From the NCBI GenBank assembly GCA_965602015.1, contig OZ271918.1, positions 2,528,001-2,592,000 of the forward strand: 64,000 nt of DNA, written 5' to 3'. The stretch is from Salinispira sp. GTDB lineage: Bacteria > Spirochaetota > Spirochaetia > DSM-27196 > Salinispiraceae. Position numbers and translations under genes: made by a program. Shown here in pieces: positions 38,341 through 48,944 of this stretch (positions are counted from its first letter, which is position 1; each line of letters begins with the position of its first letter). A model generated the notes under the pieces. It made no database searches. It saw only the letters and a program-made list of their open reading frames with translations, and was not told where the DNA came from.

Positions 38341-39464
38341 CCGGAAGCGTTCCCGGAAGCTGGCCCGGAGGCGCCGTTCTTCCCCTCGACAATGGATTGC
38401 CAAAGGAGCCGGGGGACGGTGATGCTCCGCTTCTCTAAGGCCCGCTTTCTGCGGTTTTGGCTCTGCTGCCCGGGATAATACACCCGGTCAAACCCCTCAC
38501 GGGGAGCCGATGAGCTTAAGGCGTTTAACAGGCGGGAAGATTCCTCTTCCAGGGATTGCGCGTCATCCCGAAAAACCGTCGGCCTGATAAGCATATAGGT
38601 TCCGCCCCAGCCTCCGTCTACCACGGTGCCGACCCTGCTGCCGGTAAGGGCCCCCGCCATGAGCTCGACCATCAGGGCTATTCCCGAGCCCTTGTGTTCG
38701 CCCATGCTCAGCAGTCCGCCCTTCATTCCCTCCCGGGGATTAACCGTGGGTTTTCCCGCCTCATCCAGGGCGACGTTCGCCGGCAAATCCCGGCCTTCGC
38801 GCTTGCAGTTCATCATTTCGCCCCAGGTAATCACCGAGCTGGCCGAATCGTGGATTACCGGAATGCCTCCGTCAGCTTCCCGCCGGGGAAAGGCGAAGGT
38901 AAGCGGATCGGTTCCCCACTGGGGTTCCCGGCTTCCGTGGGGGATGAGAATGGGCGGAGAATTAAAAAACGATATAAAAATGAGGTTCCGCTCGGCGGCC
39001 AACCGCGCAAAATCGCCGATGTATCCCGAAGCATATGACATGTTTCTGATTCCCACCATCAGTATGTTTCTGTCGGCATTATCATCAAAAAAGGCAAAGG
39101 CGTGCGTCAGACTCCGGTACAGGGCCACCGACCCGCTCATATAACCCGCGTCGAAATAGAGAAAATCCGGGCCCTGCCGTAGGGGTTCGAGGGATTCGGT
39201 GCCGGTGACTATGTCTCCCGAGGCCTGAAGAGCCCGCAAATCCGGCAGCCTGATTATCCCGTGGCTGGCCTTTCCGGCAAGCTCGGCTTCGAGAAGGTTT
39301 TTAACGGTCAGCTCCGCCTCTTCCGGAGTAAAGCCGCTGTGTAGCAAATAGGATGTAGCGGTCTTATTCAGATCATCTATACCCACTTCAATGTGATCGG
39401 TGTCGAACTGGGTAACTTCTTCGTTCAGGGCCTGGGAAACCCCGCCGGCTTTCTTTTTCCACAT
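38337..39464 (-). CDS. Ldh_2 (malate/L-lactate/sulfolactate dehydrogenase-like) oxidoreductase
   Basis: AEL.G..SHG..RL, GT.P, HKGSG...VE..AG.L, YYPG; start uncertain. Confidence 0.85.
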   Translation of the reverse strand: MWKKKAGGVSQALNEEVTQFDTDHIEVGIDDLNKTATSYLLHSGFTPEEAELTVKNLLEAELAGKASHGIIRLPDLRALQASGDIVTGTESLEPLRQGPDFLYFDAGYMSGSVALYRSLTHAFAFFDDNADRNILMVGIRNMSYASGYIGDFARLAAERNLIFISFFNSPPILIPHGSREPQWGTDPLTFAFPRREADGGIPVIHDSASSVITWGEMMNCKREGRDLPANVALDEAGKPTVNPREGMKGGLLSMGEHKGSGIALMVELMAGALTGSRVGTVVDGGWGGTYMLIRPTVFRDDAQSLEEESSRLLNALSSSAPREGFDRVYYPGQQSQNRRKRALEKRSITVPRLLWQSIVEGKNGASGPASGNASG

Positions 39465-39565
39465 AGCACCATTAGTACACGCCACCGGCGATATGCACAA
39501 GCAAAATCATCTCTGCTGTGGTCGGATGTATTCCCCTCGGTTTCCCGCCCTGCTATAATCCGGCC

Positions 39566-41266
39566 ATGGAAAACAGCGAAGCAGAAAACAGCACCGTCAA
39601 AAATGACTTTATCCGCACAGCCATCCGCGAGGATGTGGCCGCCGGCCGTTTCCCCTATCCGGTTCATACCCGGTTCCCGCCGGAGCCCAACGGGTATCTT
39701 CACATCGGCCATGCCAAGAGCATCTGCCTGAACTACGGGCTTCCGGAAGATTTTCCCGGGGGGAGCTACAACCTCCGCTTCGACGATACCAACCCAACCA
39801 AGGAAGAACAGGAATTTGTCGACTCCATCATGGAAGATATCCGCTGGCTAGGCTTCGACTGGGAAGACAGGCTCTATTTCGCCTCGGATTACTTCCCTCA
39901 GCTCTACGCATGGGCGGTCGATCTCATAAAAAAAGGTCTGGCCTACGTGGACAGCCAGAGCGCCGAGGAAATCAGCCGCGGCAGAGGCACTCCGACCCAG
40001 GTCGGGGTGGACAGTCCCTTCCGAAACCGCAGCGTGGATGAAAATCTCGAGCTCTTCGAGCAGATGAAAACCGGCGAACATCCCGACGGATCTCACGTAT
40101 TGCGGGCCAAAATCGATATGAAGCATCCCAATCTCAATATGCGCGATCCGGTAATGTACCGCATCAAGCACGCCCGACATCACCGCACCGGGGACGAGTG
40201 GTGCATATACCCTATGTACGACTGGGCCCATGGTCAAAGCGACGCCCTTGAAAACATCACCCACTCGATTTGCACCCTGGAATTCGAAAACCACCGGCCG
40301 CTGTACAACTGGTTCCTGGAGAGCATCGGGGTGGAAAATCCTCCCCGGCAGATCGAGTTTGCCCGTTTGAACCTGACCCATACGGTTATGAGCAAACGCA
40401 AGCTGCGCCAGCTGGTGGAAGAGGGCCATGTGGCTTCCTGGGACGATCCCCGGATGCCGACGGTGAGCGGTATGCGCCGCAGGGGCTACACCTCGGCGGC
40501 AATCCGCAAATTTGCCGCTGAAATCGGCGTTACCAAAACCGAAAGCATGGTCGAGCTCAATCTCCTTGAATACTTCGTCCGGGAAGATCTCAACCTTAAG
40601 GCAAACCGGGTGATGGCGGTTCTCGATCCGGTAAAACTGGTACTAACCAACTATCCGGAAGATGCCCAGGAGGAATTCGACGCGATTAACAATCCCGAAG
40701 ACGAAGGGGCGGGCAGCAGGAAAATTCCCTTCAGCAGGGAGCTGTACATCGAGCGGGAAGATTTCATGGAAGATCCGCCGAAGAAATTTTTCCGCCTTGC
40801 CCCCGGTCGGGAAGTGCGCCTGAAGCACGCGTACTTCGTAACCTGCGACGACGTTGTCAAAGACGAGAACGGTACCGTTACCGAGATACGATGCAGCTAC
40901 GACCCGGAATCCCGGGGAGGCAATACCCCTGACGGCCGCAAGGTCAAGGGAACCCTGCACTGGGTAAGCGCCAGGCACGCCATCGATGCGGAGGTTCGGC
41001 TGTATGACAGCCTGTTCACCCGGGAAAACATGACGGTTCTCGCCGACGATGAGGAAATGACCGACTTCATCAACCCCGATAGCCTCAAGATTATCAATGC
41101 GAAGGTCGAGCCCTCCCTCGCTATGGCGGCACCGGAAACCGGCTTCCAGTTCATGCGCCAGGGGTACTTCACCGCAGACCGAAAGGACCACAGCAGCGAG
41201 CATCCGGTGTACAACCGCAGCGTAAAACTCAAGGACAGCTGGTCCAAAATCCAGAAAAAAGGCTAA
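39566..41266 (+). CDS. glnS: Glutamine--tRNA ligase
   Basis: [17 protein letters not shown] (HIGH), [20 protein letters not shown]. Confidence 0.97.
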   Translation: MENSEAENSTVKNDFIRTAIREDVAAGRFPYPVHTRFPPEPNGYLHIGHAKSICLNYGLPEDFPGGSYNLRFDDTNPTKEEQEFVDSIMEDIRWLGFDWEDRLYFASDYFPQLYAWAVDLIKKGLAYVDSQSAEEISRGRGTPTQVGVDSPFRNRSVDENLELFEQMKTGEHPDGSHVLRAKIDMKHPNLNMRDPVMYRIKHARHHRTGDEWCIYPMYDWAHGQSDALENITHSICTLEFENHRPLYNWFLESIGVENPPRQIEFARLNLTHTVMSKRKLRQLVEEGHVASWDDPRMPTVSGMRRRGYTSAAIRKFAAEIGVTKTESMVELNLLEYFVREDLNLKANRVMAVLDPVKLVLTNYPEDAQEEFDAINNPEDEGAGSRKIPFSRELYIEREDFMEDPPKKFFRLAPGREVRLKHAYFVTCDDVVKDENGTVTEIRCSYDPESRGGNTPDGRKVKGTLHWVSARHAIDAEVRLYDSLFTRENMTVLADDEEMTDFINPDSLKIINAKVEPSLAMAAPETGFQFMRQGYFTADRKDHSSEHPVYNRSVKLKDSWSKIQKKG

Positions 41267-41298
41267 AACGCCGGGCCGGACTTCCGGCCCGGTTTTTT
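41265..41298. terminator. Terminator after glnS
   Basis: CCGGGCCGGA-CT-TCCGGCCCGG followed by T-run. Confidence 0.8.
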
Positions 41299-41872
41299 AT
41301 GCGCCGCCGCTCGCTGTGTTCAGCAAAGCCCATATCTGATCGCCGAGCATCCCGGCAGCGCAGCGGATGTCGCAGCCCAGGCGTTTGCGCACCAAGGCGT
41401 AACCCTGAACATAAGGCAGAAGCAGGGACGCCGCCCGGTGGACCGACGGAGAATCCGGATCGACGCCTCCTATTGCCCCGAGGGCCGCGCGGAAAATATC
41501 GTATAGGCCGCCGAAATACTCATCGAGTTTTTTGGTCATCCGCTTCTCATCCGCCAGGATGATAAGGGCCCGCATAAAGGGAATCTCCTCCTCTCCGGAC
41601 TCCTCTTCCAAAATATTGTGGATGAGAACGCTCAAGTCAGCTGCATCCCGAATTTCGACTGATTGCATTTCACCGAGGTCACGGGTGTACTCATAGCTAA
41701 ACCAGTCAAGCATGCCCTCCAACAAATCATCCCGCGTTTTGAAGTGATACTGAAGATTTCCCAAACTCATTCCGGCGGCCGACGCCACCTTCCTCATGGA
41801 AAAATCCCCGGCCCCGCCCTCAACAATTAATTGCCTGCCGGCGGCGATAATCGCCTGCTTCGTACTATCCAT
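41297..41872 (-). CDS. TetR-family regulator
   Basis: FSMRKVA..AGMS.GNLQYHF.TRDDL HTH. Confidence 0.92.
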   Translation of the reverse strand: MDSTKQAIIAAGRQLIVEGGAGDFSMRKVASAAGMSLGNLQYHFKTRDDLLEGMLDWFSYEYTRDLGEMQSVEIRDAADLSVLIHNILEEESGEEEIPFMRALIILADEKRMTKKLDEYFGGLYDIFRAALGAIGGVDPDSPSVHRAASLLLPYVQGYALVRKRLGCDIRCAAGMLGDQIWALLNTASGGA

Positions 41873-41899
41873 AAAAATATCATAATCTACTTGATTAAT

Positions 41900-41935
41900 T
41901 AGGTCAATCGACCTATATTTAGGTCAAGTGACCTA
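41900..41935. promoter_or_regulatory. Tandem palindromic operators between TetR and GNAT genes
   Basis: TAGGTCAATCGACCTA (41900) and TAGGTCAAGTGACCTA (41920), 20-bp period. Confidence 0.85.
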
Positions 41936-41946
41936 AGGAGGGTACT

Positions 41947-42618
41947 ATGACATATCAAATCGATTCCTATCGAAAAGAATACTTTCACAGCTGCGTGGGA
42001 ATAATGGGCGACACCTGGAATTTCAATGAGTACTTCCCGGATTTACAGGTTGATAACCTGATAAACGAGCTGTTCTTTCAGAGCGCCATTATCGGAATGA
42101 ATTACTCCCAAGTCATCATCGATGAATGGGGGAATATTCACGGCTACCTTTTCGGAAAGCTGCCGGGCAGGAAATTCCGGCCGGTACGGACCTTCCTCAA
42201 TAATCTCCGGCTCGGCGCCCGGATACTCTACCATTACCTTGCGGGGAATTTCGGGAAGCGACGGGAGGCAAGCCAAATCCTCAAGAAGCTGCTGGAAGTC
42301 GAAGAGCGACTCAATGCGAAAAAATCTCCGGACCATGCCTACGTCGGATTATTTTTTGTCAGTTCGAGCCTGAGGGGAACGGGCTGGGGAAAGCGTCTGA
42401 TGGGGAATTTCGAAGAGGCGGCTGTACAGACCGGTTCATCGGGACTGTACCTCTGGACAGACCTTGGCTGCAATTACGGATTCTATGATCATTACGGGTT
42501 TTCCAGGGTCGTTGAGCTGGCGTCGCCGCTGCTGTCCAAATACACCGGAGGCATAAACGGTTTTGCCTATGAAAAACCCGTGGAGAGTAATTCCCGCGGG
42601 CTGCAGACAGGAGCATAA
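41947..42618 (+). CDS. GNAT acetyltransferase
   Basis: FFVSSSLRGTGWGK, WTD..CNYGFYD..GF; RBS AGGAGG. Confidence 0.88.
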   Translation: MTYQIDSYRKEYFHSCVGIMGDTWNFNEYFPDLQVDNLINELFFQSAIIGMNYSQVIIDEWGNIHGYLFGKLPGRKFRPVRTFLNNLRLGARILYHYLAGNFGKRREASQILKKLLEVEERLNAKKSPDHAYVGLFFVSSSLRGTGWGKRLMGNFEEAAVQTGSSGLYLWTDLGCNYGFYDHYGFSRVVELASPLLSKYTGGINGFAYEKPVESNSRGLQTGA

Positions 42619-42647
42619 CGCCGTCCCGAATACGGGAGCAGCGGGGG

Positions 42648-43178
42648 CTAATTGGTTCGGGGCATATACGAGCCGGTGCTCGCTGCTCCCAGCTTGGGAA
42701 AACTCATGATTTCTTCAGTAGTATAGAGATTATCCAGGGGCTCGGGGCTTGGGACATAGTCCCGGCTTATTCCCGGGGAAAGCTCCCGCCTCCAGACATT
42801 TTTCTGATGAGTATCCTCGTAGGGGATTTTTTTTACCAGCTCGTAGGTCTTGCGGCGGTCTTTTACCTGTTCTTCGATAATGCCGAAGTTTCCGGCCCCG
42901 ATATATGCAACCCGTTGATTGGCCGCAAGCTCTTCCCGTTTGCTCAGGTGTTCTATCACCTTGTCGAATCTGCTGGGCTTGCCGCTGTCCGGGTCGGCTA
43001 TGGCCACGTAGATGTTGTCGATGGGCTCTCCGCTCAGGGGACAGGACTCGTATTCCCGGGGTTCGGGCTCAGGGGGCATGTAGACCCGGATTTCCCGGGG
43101 GACCTTCGGCATTTTCCGGGATTCGTTTCTGCCCCGGCGGCGCCGTCGGCGCGGTTTGTTGTTGTTTGATGAACTCAT
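42648..43178 (-). CDS. Hypothetical protein with Arg-rich N-terminus
   Basis: RRRRRR tract, CP..GEPI, YIGAGNFG; co-oriented with upstream genes. Confidence 0.7.
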   Translation of the reverse strand: MSSSNNNKPRRRRRRGRNESRKMPKVPREIRVYMPPEPEPREYESCPLSGEPIDNIYVAIADPDSGKPSRFDKVIEHLSKREELAANQRVAYIGAGNFGIIEEQVKDRRKTYELVKKIPYEDTHQKNVWRRELSPGISRDYVPSPEPLDNLYTTEEIMSFPKLGAASTGSYMPRTN

Positions 43179-43259
43179 AGTCTTTTCCTGATCAGCGCCC
43201 GGCATACGCTCCGACGGAATGCACTGCACGCCTTCGCCGTACGCCGTGGCCGCCTGGCC

Positions 43260-44165
43260 CTATGCCTGAGCGGCCTTTTCAGCCAAAATAAGGGCTCCGG
43301 TGATTCCCGCCTGGTCTTCCAGCATGGGCGGCACAATGTAATCTTCACCGCCGTTTTTCACCGCGGGATGGTCTACATAGCCGTTTAATAAGCTGACGAC
43401 TTCCCGGCGGATTTTAGGAAACAACTGGCGCTGATGCATCACTCCGCCGCCTAAAATAATACGTTCGGGGCTTAAAATCAATATGTAGGCCATGAGGGCC
43501 TTGGCCAGGTAATGGGCTTCGATATCCCAGGCCTGATGATTTTCCGGAAGATCCTGAGCGGGACCCCCCCATCGCTTGAGGATCGCCGGCCCCGAGCACA
43601 TGCCCTCCACGCAATTGCCGTGATATGGGCAAATGCCGGGAAAATCATCTCCCTCCATGCGGTCAAGGAGCATATGCCCCACCTCCGGATGCACCAGCCC
43701 GTGTACCGGCGCCCCGTTGACGATAATGCCGCCGCCGACCCCGGTTCCCACCGTGATGTACATAAAAGTGCTCAGACCCTCGCCGGCTCCGTGCAGTCCC
43801 TCGCCCAGGGCCGCGGCGTTCACATCGGTGTCGAATGAAAGGGGAACCGACAGGGCCCGTGCGAAGGGACCGAGCAGGTCGACGTTCTGCCATCCCTTTT
43901 TTGGGGTGCTCGTAATATAGCCGTAGGTTTTTGATGAGGGGTGAAGATCGACGGGTCCGAATGCGCCGACCCCGATGGATGCCAGATTGCCGTGCTCCGG
44001 TGAAAAATCCCGCTGTGCCCGTTCAAAGAACTCGATGCTTCGGGCGATGGTCTGTTCGGGGTCAGTGGTGGGAAAGCGCTCTTCCCTGAGAATCTTCTCC
44101 GGCGAGCTGCCCACTGCGCAGACAAATTTTGTTCCCCCCGCTTCAATAGCTCCTAACATTGCCAT
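43260..44165 (-). CDS. ROK-family sugar kinase (fructokinase-like)
   Basis: GAIEAGGTKF, DTDVNAAA, GTGVGGG, HPEVGH, CPYH..C.EG. Confidence 0.93.
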   Translation of the reverse strand: MAMLGAIEAGGTKFVCAVGSSPEKILREERFPTTDPEQTIARSIEFFERAQRDFSPEHGNLASIGVGAFGPVDLHPSSKTYGYITSTPKKGWQNVDLLGPFARALSVPLSFDTDVNAAALGEGLHGAGEGLSTFMYITVGTGVGGGIIVNGAPVHGLVHPEVGHMLLDRMEGDDFPGICPYHGNCVEGMCSGPAILKRWGGPAQDLPENHQAWDIEAHYLAKALMAYILILSPERIILGGGVMHQRQLFPKIRREVVSLLNGYVDHPAVKNGGEDYIVPPMLEDQAGITGALILAEKAAQA

Positions 44166-44238
44166 GTATTATCCTCCAGTACATCGCGAATCCCGCCTCT
44201 TCTCCGGCGTTCCAATCGGCCGGCCTTATCTGCCGGCC

Positions 44239-45198
44239 TTATCTGCCGAGCACATCCAGGAGCACGGAGGGTTCGCTGGTCATAATTCCGTCAATTCCCA
44301 AATCCAGGAGCCAGGTCATTTCCTGTCTGTCATCGATGGTCCACGCATGGACCAGAACGTTGTTCGCCTCGGCTCCGCGCAAAAACCCCTCGGTGATTAC
44401 CGGCAATCTGCCCATGTCTATGGGCACCTGGAAAAACTCAGCGGCGGACGGGTATGCGCTGCCGAATCCCAGGAGATTCATAACATAAAAAACCGTTACT
44501 TCCCGCTGGCTGGCCGCGGTGGCTATTTCAGGATAGAGATCCCGAAGCAGTTTTAAATTGGAATCGTGGAACGAGGCGATAATGCTCAGGTTTTCCTGAT
44601 TGTAACGCCGAAGCAGATCTCCCACGGCCCGCACCGCTTCTGGGCTTTCGGGCTTGATTTCGATAATCTTGGGAACCTCGGGAAACTCGGCAAACACCTG
44701 CTCCAGCGACGGGATGACCAGCCCCTGCCGCCTGAAGGGAAACTCATCATCGCCGCGCTCGGCGCAGACCTCGCAGTCGGGTTTCCGTTCAAAAGGCCAC
44801 CACCAGCCGGCGTCAAAGACCTGCAGTTCCTGAAAGCTGTACTCCGACACCGCCCCTTCCCCGGAGGTCGTTCGGTACACATCCTCGTCGTGAATGACCA
44901 CCGGAATTCCGTCGGCGCTGAGGCGGACATCCATTTCGATGGCGTCCACGCCGGATTCCACCGCAGAGCGAAAGGCTTCCAGGGTATTTTCGGGATATTC
45001 GGCCTTACCGCCGCGATGGGCGATGACCTTCAGATTCAACTCTTGCACAGGATGGGGTTCCACCGGCGGCACCAACAGTCCCAGAATACCCTGAAGGAGA
45101 AAGTAGGCCGCCAGGACGATGGCGACTATTCTGAGCAGGCCCCGGGCCCGCTGCTGGGGGCTTTTAGCCGCCGGCGCGTCGTTCTGATCTTCACTCAT
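44239..45198 (-). CDS. Glycerophosphodiester phosphodiesterase
   Basis: IAHRGG, PENTL, EMDV, VIHD, EIK, AWT motifs. Confidence 0.93.
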   Translation of the reverse strand: MSEDQNDAPAAKSPQQRARGLLRIVAIVLAAYFLLQGILGLLVPPVEPHPVQELNLKVIAHRGGKAEYPENTLEAFRSAVESGVDAIEMDVRLSADGIPVVIHDEDVYRTTSGEGAVSEYSFQELQVFDAGWWWPFERKPDCEVCAERGDDEFPFRRQGLVIPSLEQVFAEFPEVPKIIEIKPESPEAVRAVGDLLRRYNQENLSIIASFHDSNLKLLRDLYPEIATAASQREVTVFYVMNLLGFGSAYPSAAEFFQVPIDMGRLPVITEGFLRGAEANNVLVHAWTIDDRQEMTWLLDLGIDGIMTSEPSVLLDVLGR

Positions 45199-46118
45199 TC
45201 CTGAGGCTCCGGGGTTTTCTGAAATTTGGATTTTCTGTCGCTGCCGAGAAAAAACGCCGCGGCAAACCCGACGATCAGGGCGAGAACCGAGGTCAGGCCG
45301 GACATATCAAAACTGAAGCCCGGCCACAGAACTGCGGCTGAACCGAGAACCAGTCCCACTATGCCGAAATACGCATGGCCGTGAAATCTATCCAGGAGCC
45401 AGGCAATGACCTTGGAGACGATGAGCAGACCCAAAAGCGCGCCGACCATAAACACGGCGATTACCGGAAGATTCCCCTCGGTGAACATTTTAATAAAGGT
45501 GGCGTACATGCCGATGAGCAGCATCAGAAAGGATCCGCTGACTCCGGGCACCACCATGGTACCCACGGCAATCATCCCGACGAAGATGAGGATGAAGGCA
45601 TTAGACAGGCTCACCTCGCGAATGACCTGCTGGGTGGCTATGAGGCTGTCGCGGTTGCCGATTTGGGCGTTTACCACCGCCATCCAGATAAGCAACGCGG
45701 CTCCGAGAATGAGCGGGATGACATAGGTCCAGCGGAATTCGGTTTTCCCGCTCTGCTTTATGAGAAACGGCAGACTTCCGAAGATCAGTCCGATAAACAG
45801 GAATTGGGTCTGCATGGGGGCCCGCTCGGAAAGGGATTCAATGATGTTGGCAAAGCCCACCAGTCCCAGAAAAAGTCCGATAACAACGGGAACCAGGATG
45901 GGCAGGGCGGAGGCAATGCGCTGCTTCCAGCTCTTGTCGCGGGTAAAAATCGAAGCGATTCCGTCGCCGATTGCCCCGAATGCGCCGATAAGGGGCTCGT
46001 AAATACCAGTTATTACCGCAATGGTTCCCCCGCTTACTCCGGGGATTGCATTGGCCATTCCGATGAACATGCCTTTCAGGCCGTTAATCAACCAGGACAA
46101 CCCGGTTTTTTTACTCAT
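45195..46118 (-). CDS. DUF368 membrane protein
   Basis: Two PGVSG motifs, multiple TMs. Confidence 0.9.
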   Translation of the reverse strand: MSKKTGLSWLINGLKGMFIGMANAIPGVSGGTIAVITGIYEPLIGAFGAIGDGIASIFTRDKSWKQRIASALPILVPVVIGLFLGLVGFANIIESLSERAPMQTQFLFIGLIFGSLPFLIKQSGKTEFRWTYVIPLILGAALLIWMAVVNAQIGNRDSLIATQQVIREVSLSNAFILIFVGMIAVGTMVVPGVSGSFLMLLIGMYATFIKMFTEGNLPVIAVFMVGALLGLLIVSKVIAWLLDRFHGHAYFGIVGLVLGSAAVLWPGFSFDMSGLTSVLALIVGFAAAFFLGSDRKSKFQKTPEPQE

Positions 46119-46178
46119 GTGCCACCTCTTTCTGTGTGTATGCTAAAGGCCCATTGTACATGGAGAGCGGCGGCTTTG

Positions 46179-47159
46179 TCAGCGTTGGCGGTCAAGCAGG
46201 TCCTTTACCTTGTCCGCGAAGCTCCGGGATACATTGCGTTCGAGAAAAATCAGAGAATCTGCGGGTCCCCGCAGGGTTCCCTGGATTCCCCCGTCCTGCT
46301 CGGCCATTTCCAGGCGCCTGAGGGCCAGCAGGGCATATTCCTCTTCAAGCTCCCCGCCGCAGAAGGGTCTGCCGAGCTTTTTCGCCACCGCGGCGGTGGT
46401 TCCCGACCCCAGGAAGGGATCGAATACCAGGCCGCCGGGCCTGAGGGAGGCGAGAATAATCCGGGCAAGGAGCTTTTCCGGTTTTTGAGTGGGATGCTCG
46501 GTATTTTCCCTCATGGACCAGAAGGGAACCGTCAGATCGTTCCAGAAATTCCCCGGATAGGTGAGCCGCCGGGCAATGCCGCCCTCCTCAACCCAATCCT
46601 TCGGCACTCCGCCGCTTCGGTAGGGAGCCCTGACTTCCCGGAGAATTTTAACCGCTTCCACGTCAAAAAAGTAATCATCCCGGACGGTGGCGAACCAGAT
46701 ATCCTCATGGCTGTTCTTCCAGTTGCTGCGGGCTCCCCTGCCCTTCTCCCGCTCCCAGCATATGCGGTTTTGAATGATAAATCCCTCATTCAGGAGCTCC
46801 TGAATAATCGCCCCGCCCCTCCAGTCTCCGCAGAGATACAGGCTGCCGCTGTCGGTCAATATCCGTCGGAATTCGGTGAGAAACGGCGCCAACCACTGCC
46901 GGTACTCCGCAGGATCGTCAATGTTAAACAGGCGGCTCCCGTATTGCTTGCGCAGCCCCGCATAGGGCGGATCGGCGAAAATCAGGTCCGCCGATTTATC
47001 CGGCAGGGACCGGCACAGGTCCAGGGAATCGCCGCGGAAGATCCGGTTTTCAAAGCTCTCCCGACGGCCTGCCTCGACCTCCGCCGCCGTCCGCAGCTGT
47101 GCCTTCAGGCGCATACGGTCATCGTCGGAAAGAGTGATGCTGCGGTTCCGGTCAGCCAT
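46179..47159 (-). CDS. Orphan N6/N4 DNA methyltransferase (beta-class order)
   Basis: DPPY precedes HPTQKP and DPFLGSGTT; no restriction enzyme adjacent. Confidence 0.9.
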   Translation of the reverse strand: MADRNRSITLSDDDRMRLKAQLRTAAEVEAGRRESFENRIFRGDSLDLCRSLPDKSADLIFADPPYAGLRKQYGSRLFNIDDPAEYRQWLAPFLTEFRRILTDSGSLYLCGDWRGGAIIQELLNEGFIIQNRICWEREKGRGARSNWKNSHEDIWFATVRDDYFFDVEAVKILREVRAPYRSGGVPKDWVEEGGIARRLTYPGNFWNDLTVPFWSMRENTEHPTQKPEKLLARIILASLRPGGLVFDPFLGSGTTAAVAKKLGRPFCGGELEEEYALLALRRLEMAEQDGGIQGTLRGPADSLIFLERNVSRSFADKVKDLLDRQR

Positions 47160-47952
47160 CGAGGGTTTTTCCCCTGTAAGTAGCAGCAACCATGTGGCGT
47201 TTTCTGCCATAGCCCGGCCGGCGGGCGACAAAAAAATCCGCGGCGCGCAGCCCCTGTTTTACCTGACCGGCGGCGCTGTAGGTCGCCAGGCTGGTTCCGC
47301 TTCGGCTGAGCGAAGCGCAATGGGCGAACACATGGGTGGTCCACATGTCCGGATTACGCGAAGGGTTGTGACCGTCCAGGTAGATGGCGTCGGCGCTGAT
47401 GCCCCGTTGGAGCAAATCGGAGAAAAAATCCATGACATCGCCGTAATACACCTGCAGGTCCATGTTCAAGCCCCCCCGGCTCCATTCAGCGCCGTACCAG
47501 CGGCCCTGGCCGGCGGGAACCGGCAGAGTCGGCAGCAGCTCCCAAAAAGTCTCGACAAATTTATTGCTAATCACCTCGTCGGCATCACCTCTGGCATCAC
47601 CTCTGGCATCACCTCTGGTATGACCTATGAGGTCTGCACCGGCGCGGCTTATCTCATCGCCCAGAAGAATAGCAGCGTCCCCCGGCATCGGCGGATTATT
47701 GTCCACCGAGAAAAAGCGTATTGTGCCCTGAATACCCTCGGAGAGCCGGCGGGCAAGGCAGAATGTCGTCAGGGCGTTCAAGCCGGTGCCGTAGCCGGTT
47801 TCAATGATGTTGAACCGGGAATCCGGTGAGTTCAGGTCCGCCGGAAGCCGCCGGTGAAGATCATTCCCGTAGAAAAAGACATGCGCGCTTTCTTTTATCC
47901 CCTCACCCGGAGTAAAATAACAGTCGGCATAACGGGAATTCCAGTTTTCCAT
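47152..47952 (-). CDS. mnmD: Stand-alone MnmD (MnmC methyltransferase-domain) tRNA mnm5s2U methyltransferase
   Basis: S.Y.D.YF, ETGYGTGLN, YLDG..P..NPDMW, ATYSAAG.V, GYGRKR.M. Confidence 0.85.
   Translation of the reverse strand: MENWNSRYADCYFTPGEGIKESAHVFFYGNDLHRRLPADLNSPDSRFNIIETGYGTGLNALTTFCLARRLSEGIQGTIRFFSVDNNPPMPGDAAILLGDEISRAGADLIGHTRGDARGDARGDADEVISNKFVETFWELLPTLPVPAGQGRWYGAEWSRGGLNMDLQVYYGDVMDFFSDLLQRGISADAIYLDGHNPSRNPDMWTTHVFAHCASLSRSGTSLATYSAAGQVKQGLRAADFFVARRPGYGRKRHMVAATYRGKTLDG
47581..47616. repeat. 12-bp in-frame tandem repeat x3 in mnmD
   Basis: GGCATCACCTCT x3 (RGDA repeats). Confidence 0.95.
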
Positions 47953-47997
47953 CAGACCATTGTAGCCCTCCTGTCCGGAGTGCACAACGGAGGTATC

Positions 47998-48198
47998 ATG
48001 CAGAAAGCAGCCATCTACGTCCGAGTCGTAACCGAGCAGATCCCCGAAGCGCAGCGAGAGAAACTCGCCTTCCGTGATGACCGGAACTACCTGGTCATCG
48101 CCGTGGATTCGGAGAAAAACCGCATGCTGCTGCCTGATGACTATAATAAAATGGTGTGGATTCCCATGTCGGTTCTGCGTTTCGTAAAAATCAGTTAA
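47998..48198 (+). CDS. Small hypothetical protein (66 aa)
   Basis: GGAGG RBS before MQKAAIYVRVV. Confidence 0.7.
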   Translation: MQKAAIYVRVVTEQIPEAQREKLAFRDDRNYLVIAVDSEKNRMLLPDDYNKMVWIPMSVLRFVKIS

Positions 48199-48269
48199 AT
48201 CCCCTCCCTCCAGACCATATTCTCTTCCGACTGAACTACACTTGAAGTATCCATGCCACAGGAGGAAAT

Positions 48270-48944
48270 ATGGACCACAAGATTGAAAACGGACCGGTGT
48301 TCAGCACCCTGCACCTCACACTTCACACCGGAGAGTCGGTAATCGGCGAGGCCGGTTCGATGATCGCCATGACCCCCAGCGTAGAGCTCAAGGCGAAAAC
48401 CACGGGAAAAGGCGTTTTCGGCGCGGTTAAATCAATGATTGGCGGAGAATCGCTCTTTTCCACAACCTATACCGCCACGGAGAACAACTCGGAGGTGGTA
48501 CTCGCCCCGTCCAGCCCGGGGGATATAGTCCATTTCTCACTGAGCGGAAAGAAGATTTTTGCCCAGGGTGGAGCCTACCTGGCCGGCAGCAGCGGTCTTG
48601 AACTGGGAACCCAGGGTTCGCTTCGGGGGGCGTTGATGGGCGAGGGCCTCTTTCTCCAGACCATCAGCGGAAACGGAGACGTCTGGCTGTCGAGCTACGG
48701 CGCGGTATTCGTCAAAGAACTCGGTCCGGGCGAAGAGTACTCGGTGGATAACGGAAACCTGGTGGCCTTCGAGGACGGAGTCAGCTATACCATCAAAAAG
48801 GCCGCCAAGGGACTATTTTCAACCTTCGCAAGCGGTGAAGGCTTTGTCAGCCGGTTCAAGGGACCGGGCAAAGTCTGGCTGCAGACCCGAAGCATTCAGG
48901 GCTTTGCCGCAGTGCTCATGCCCTTTATCCAGAAAAAAAACTAA
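48270..48944 (+). CDS. TIGR00266/AIM24-family protein
   Basis: EAGSM, GGESLF, GEGLF, VDNG..VAF, GEG....F.GPG.V..QTR. Confidence 0.9.
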   Translation: MDHKIENGPVFSTLHLTLHTGESVIGEAGSMIAMTPSVELKAKTTGKGVFGAVKSMIGGESLFSTTYTATENNSEVVLAPSSPGDIVHFSLSGKKIFAQGGAYLAGSSGLELGTQGSLRGALMGEGLFLQTISGNGDVWLSSYGAVFVKELGPGEEYSVDNGNLVAFEDGVSYTIKKAAKGLFSTFASGEGFVSRFKGPGKVWLQTRSIQGFAAVLMPFIQKKN

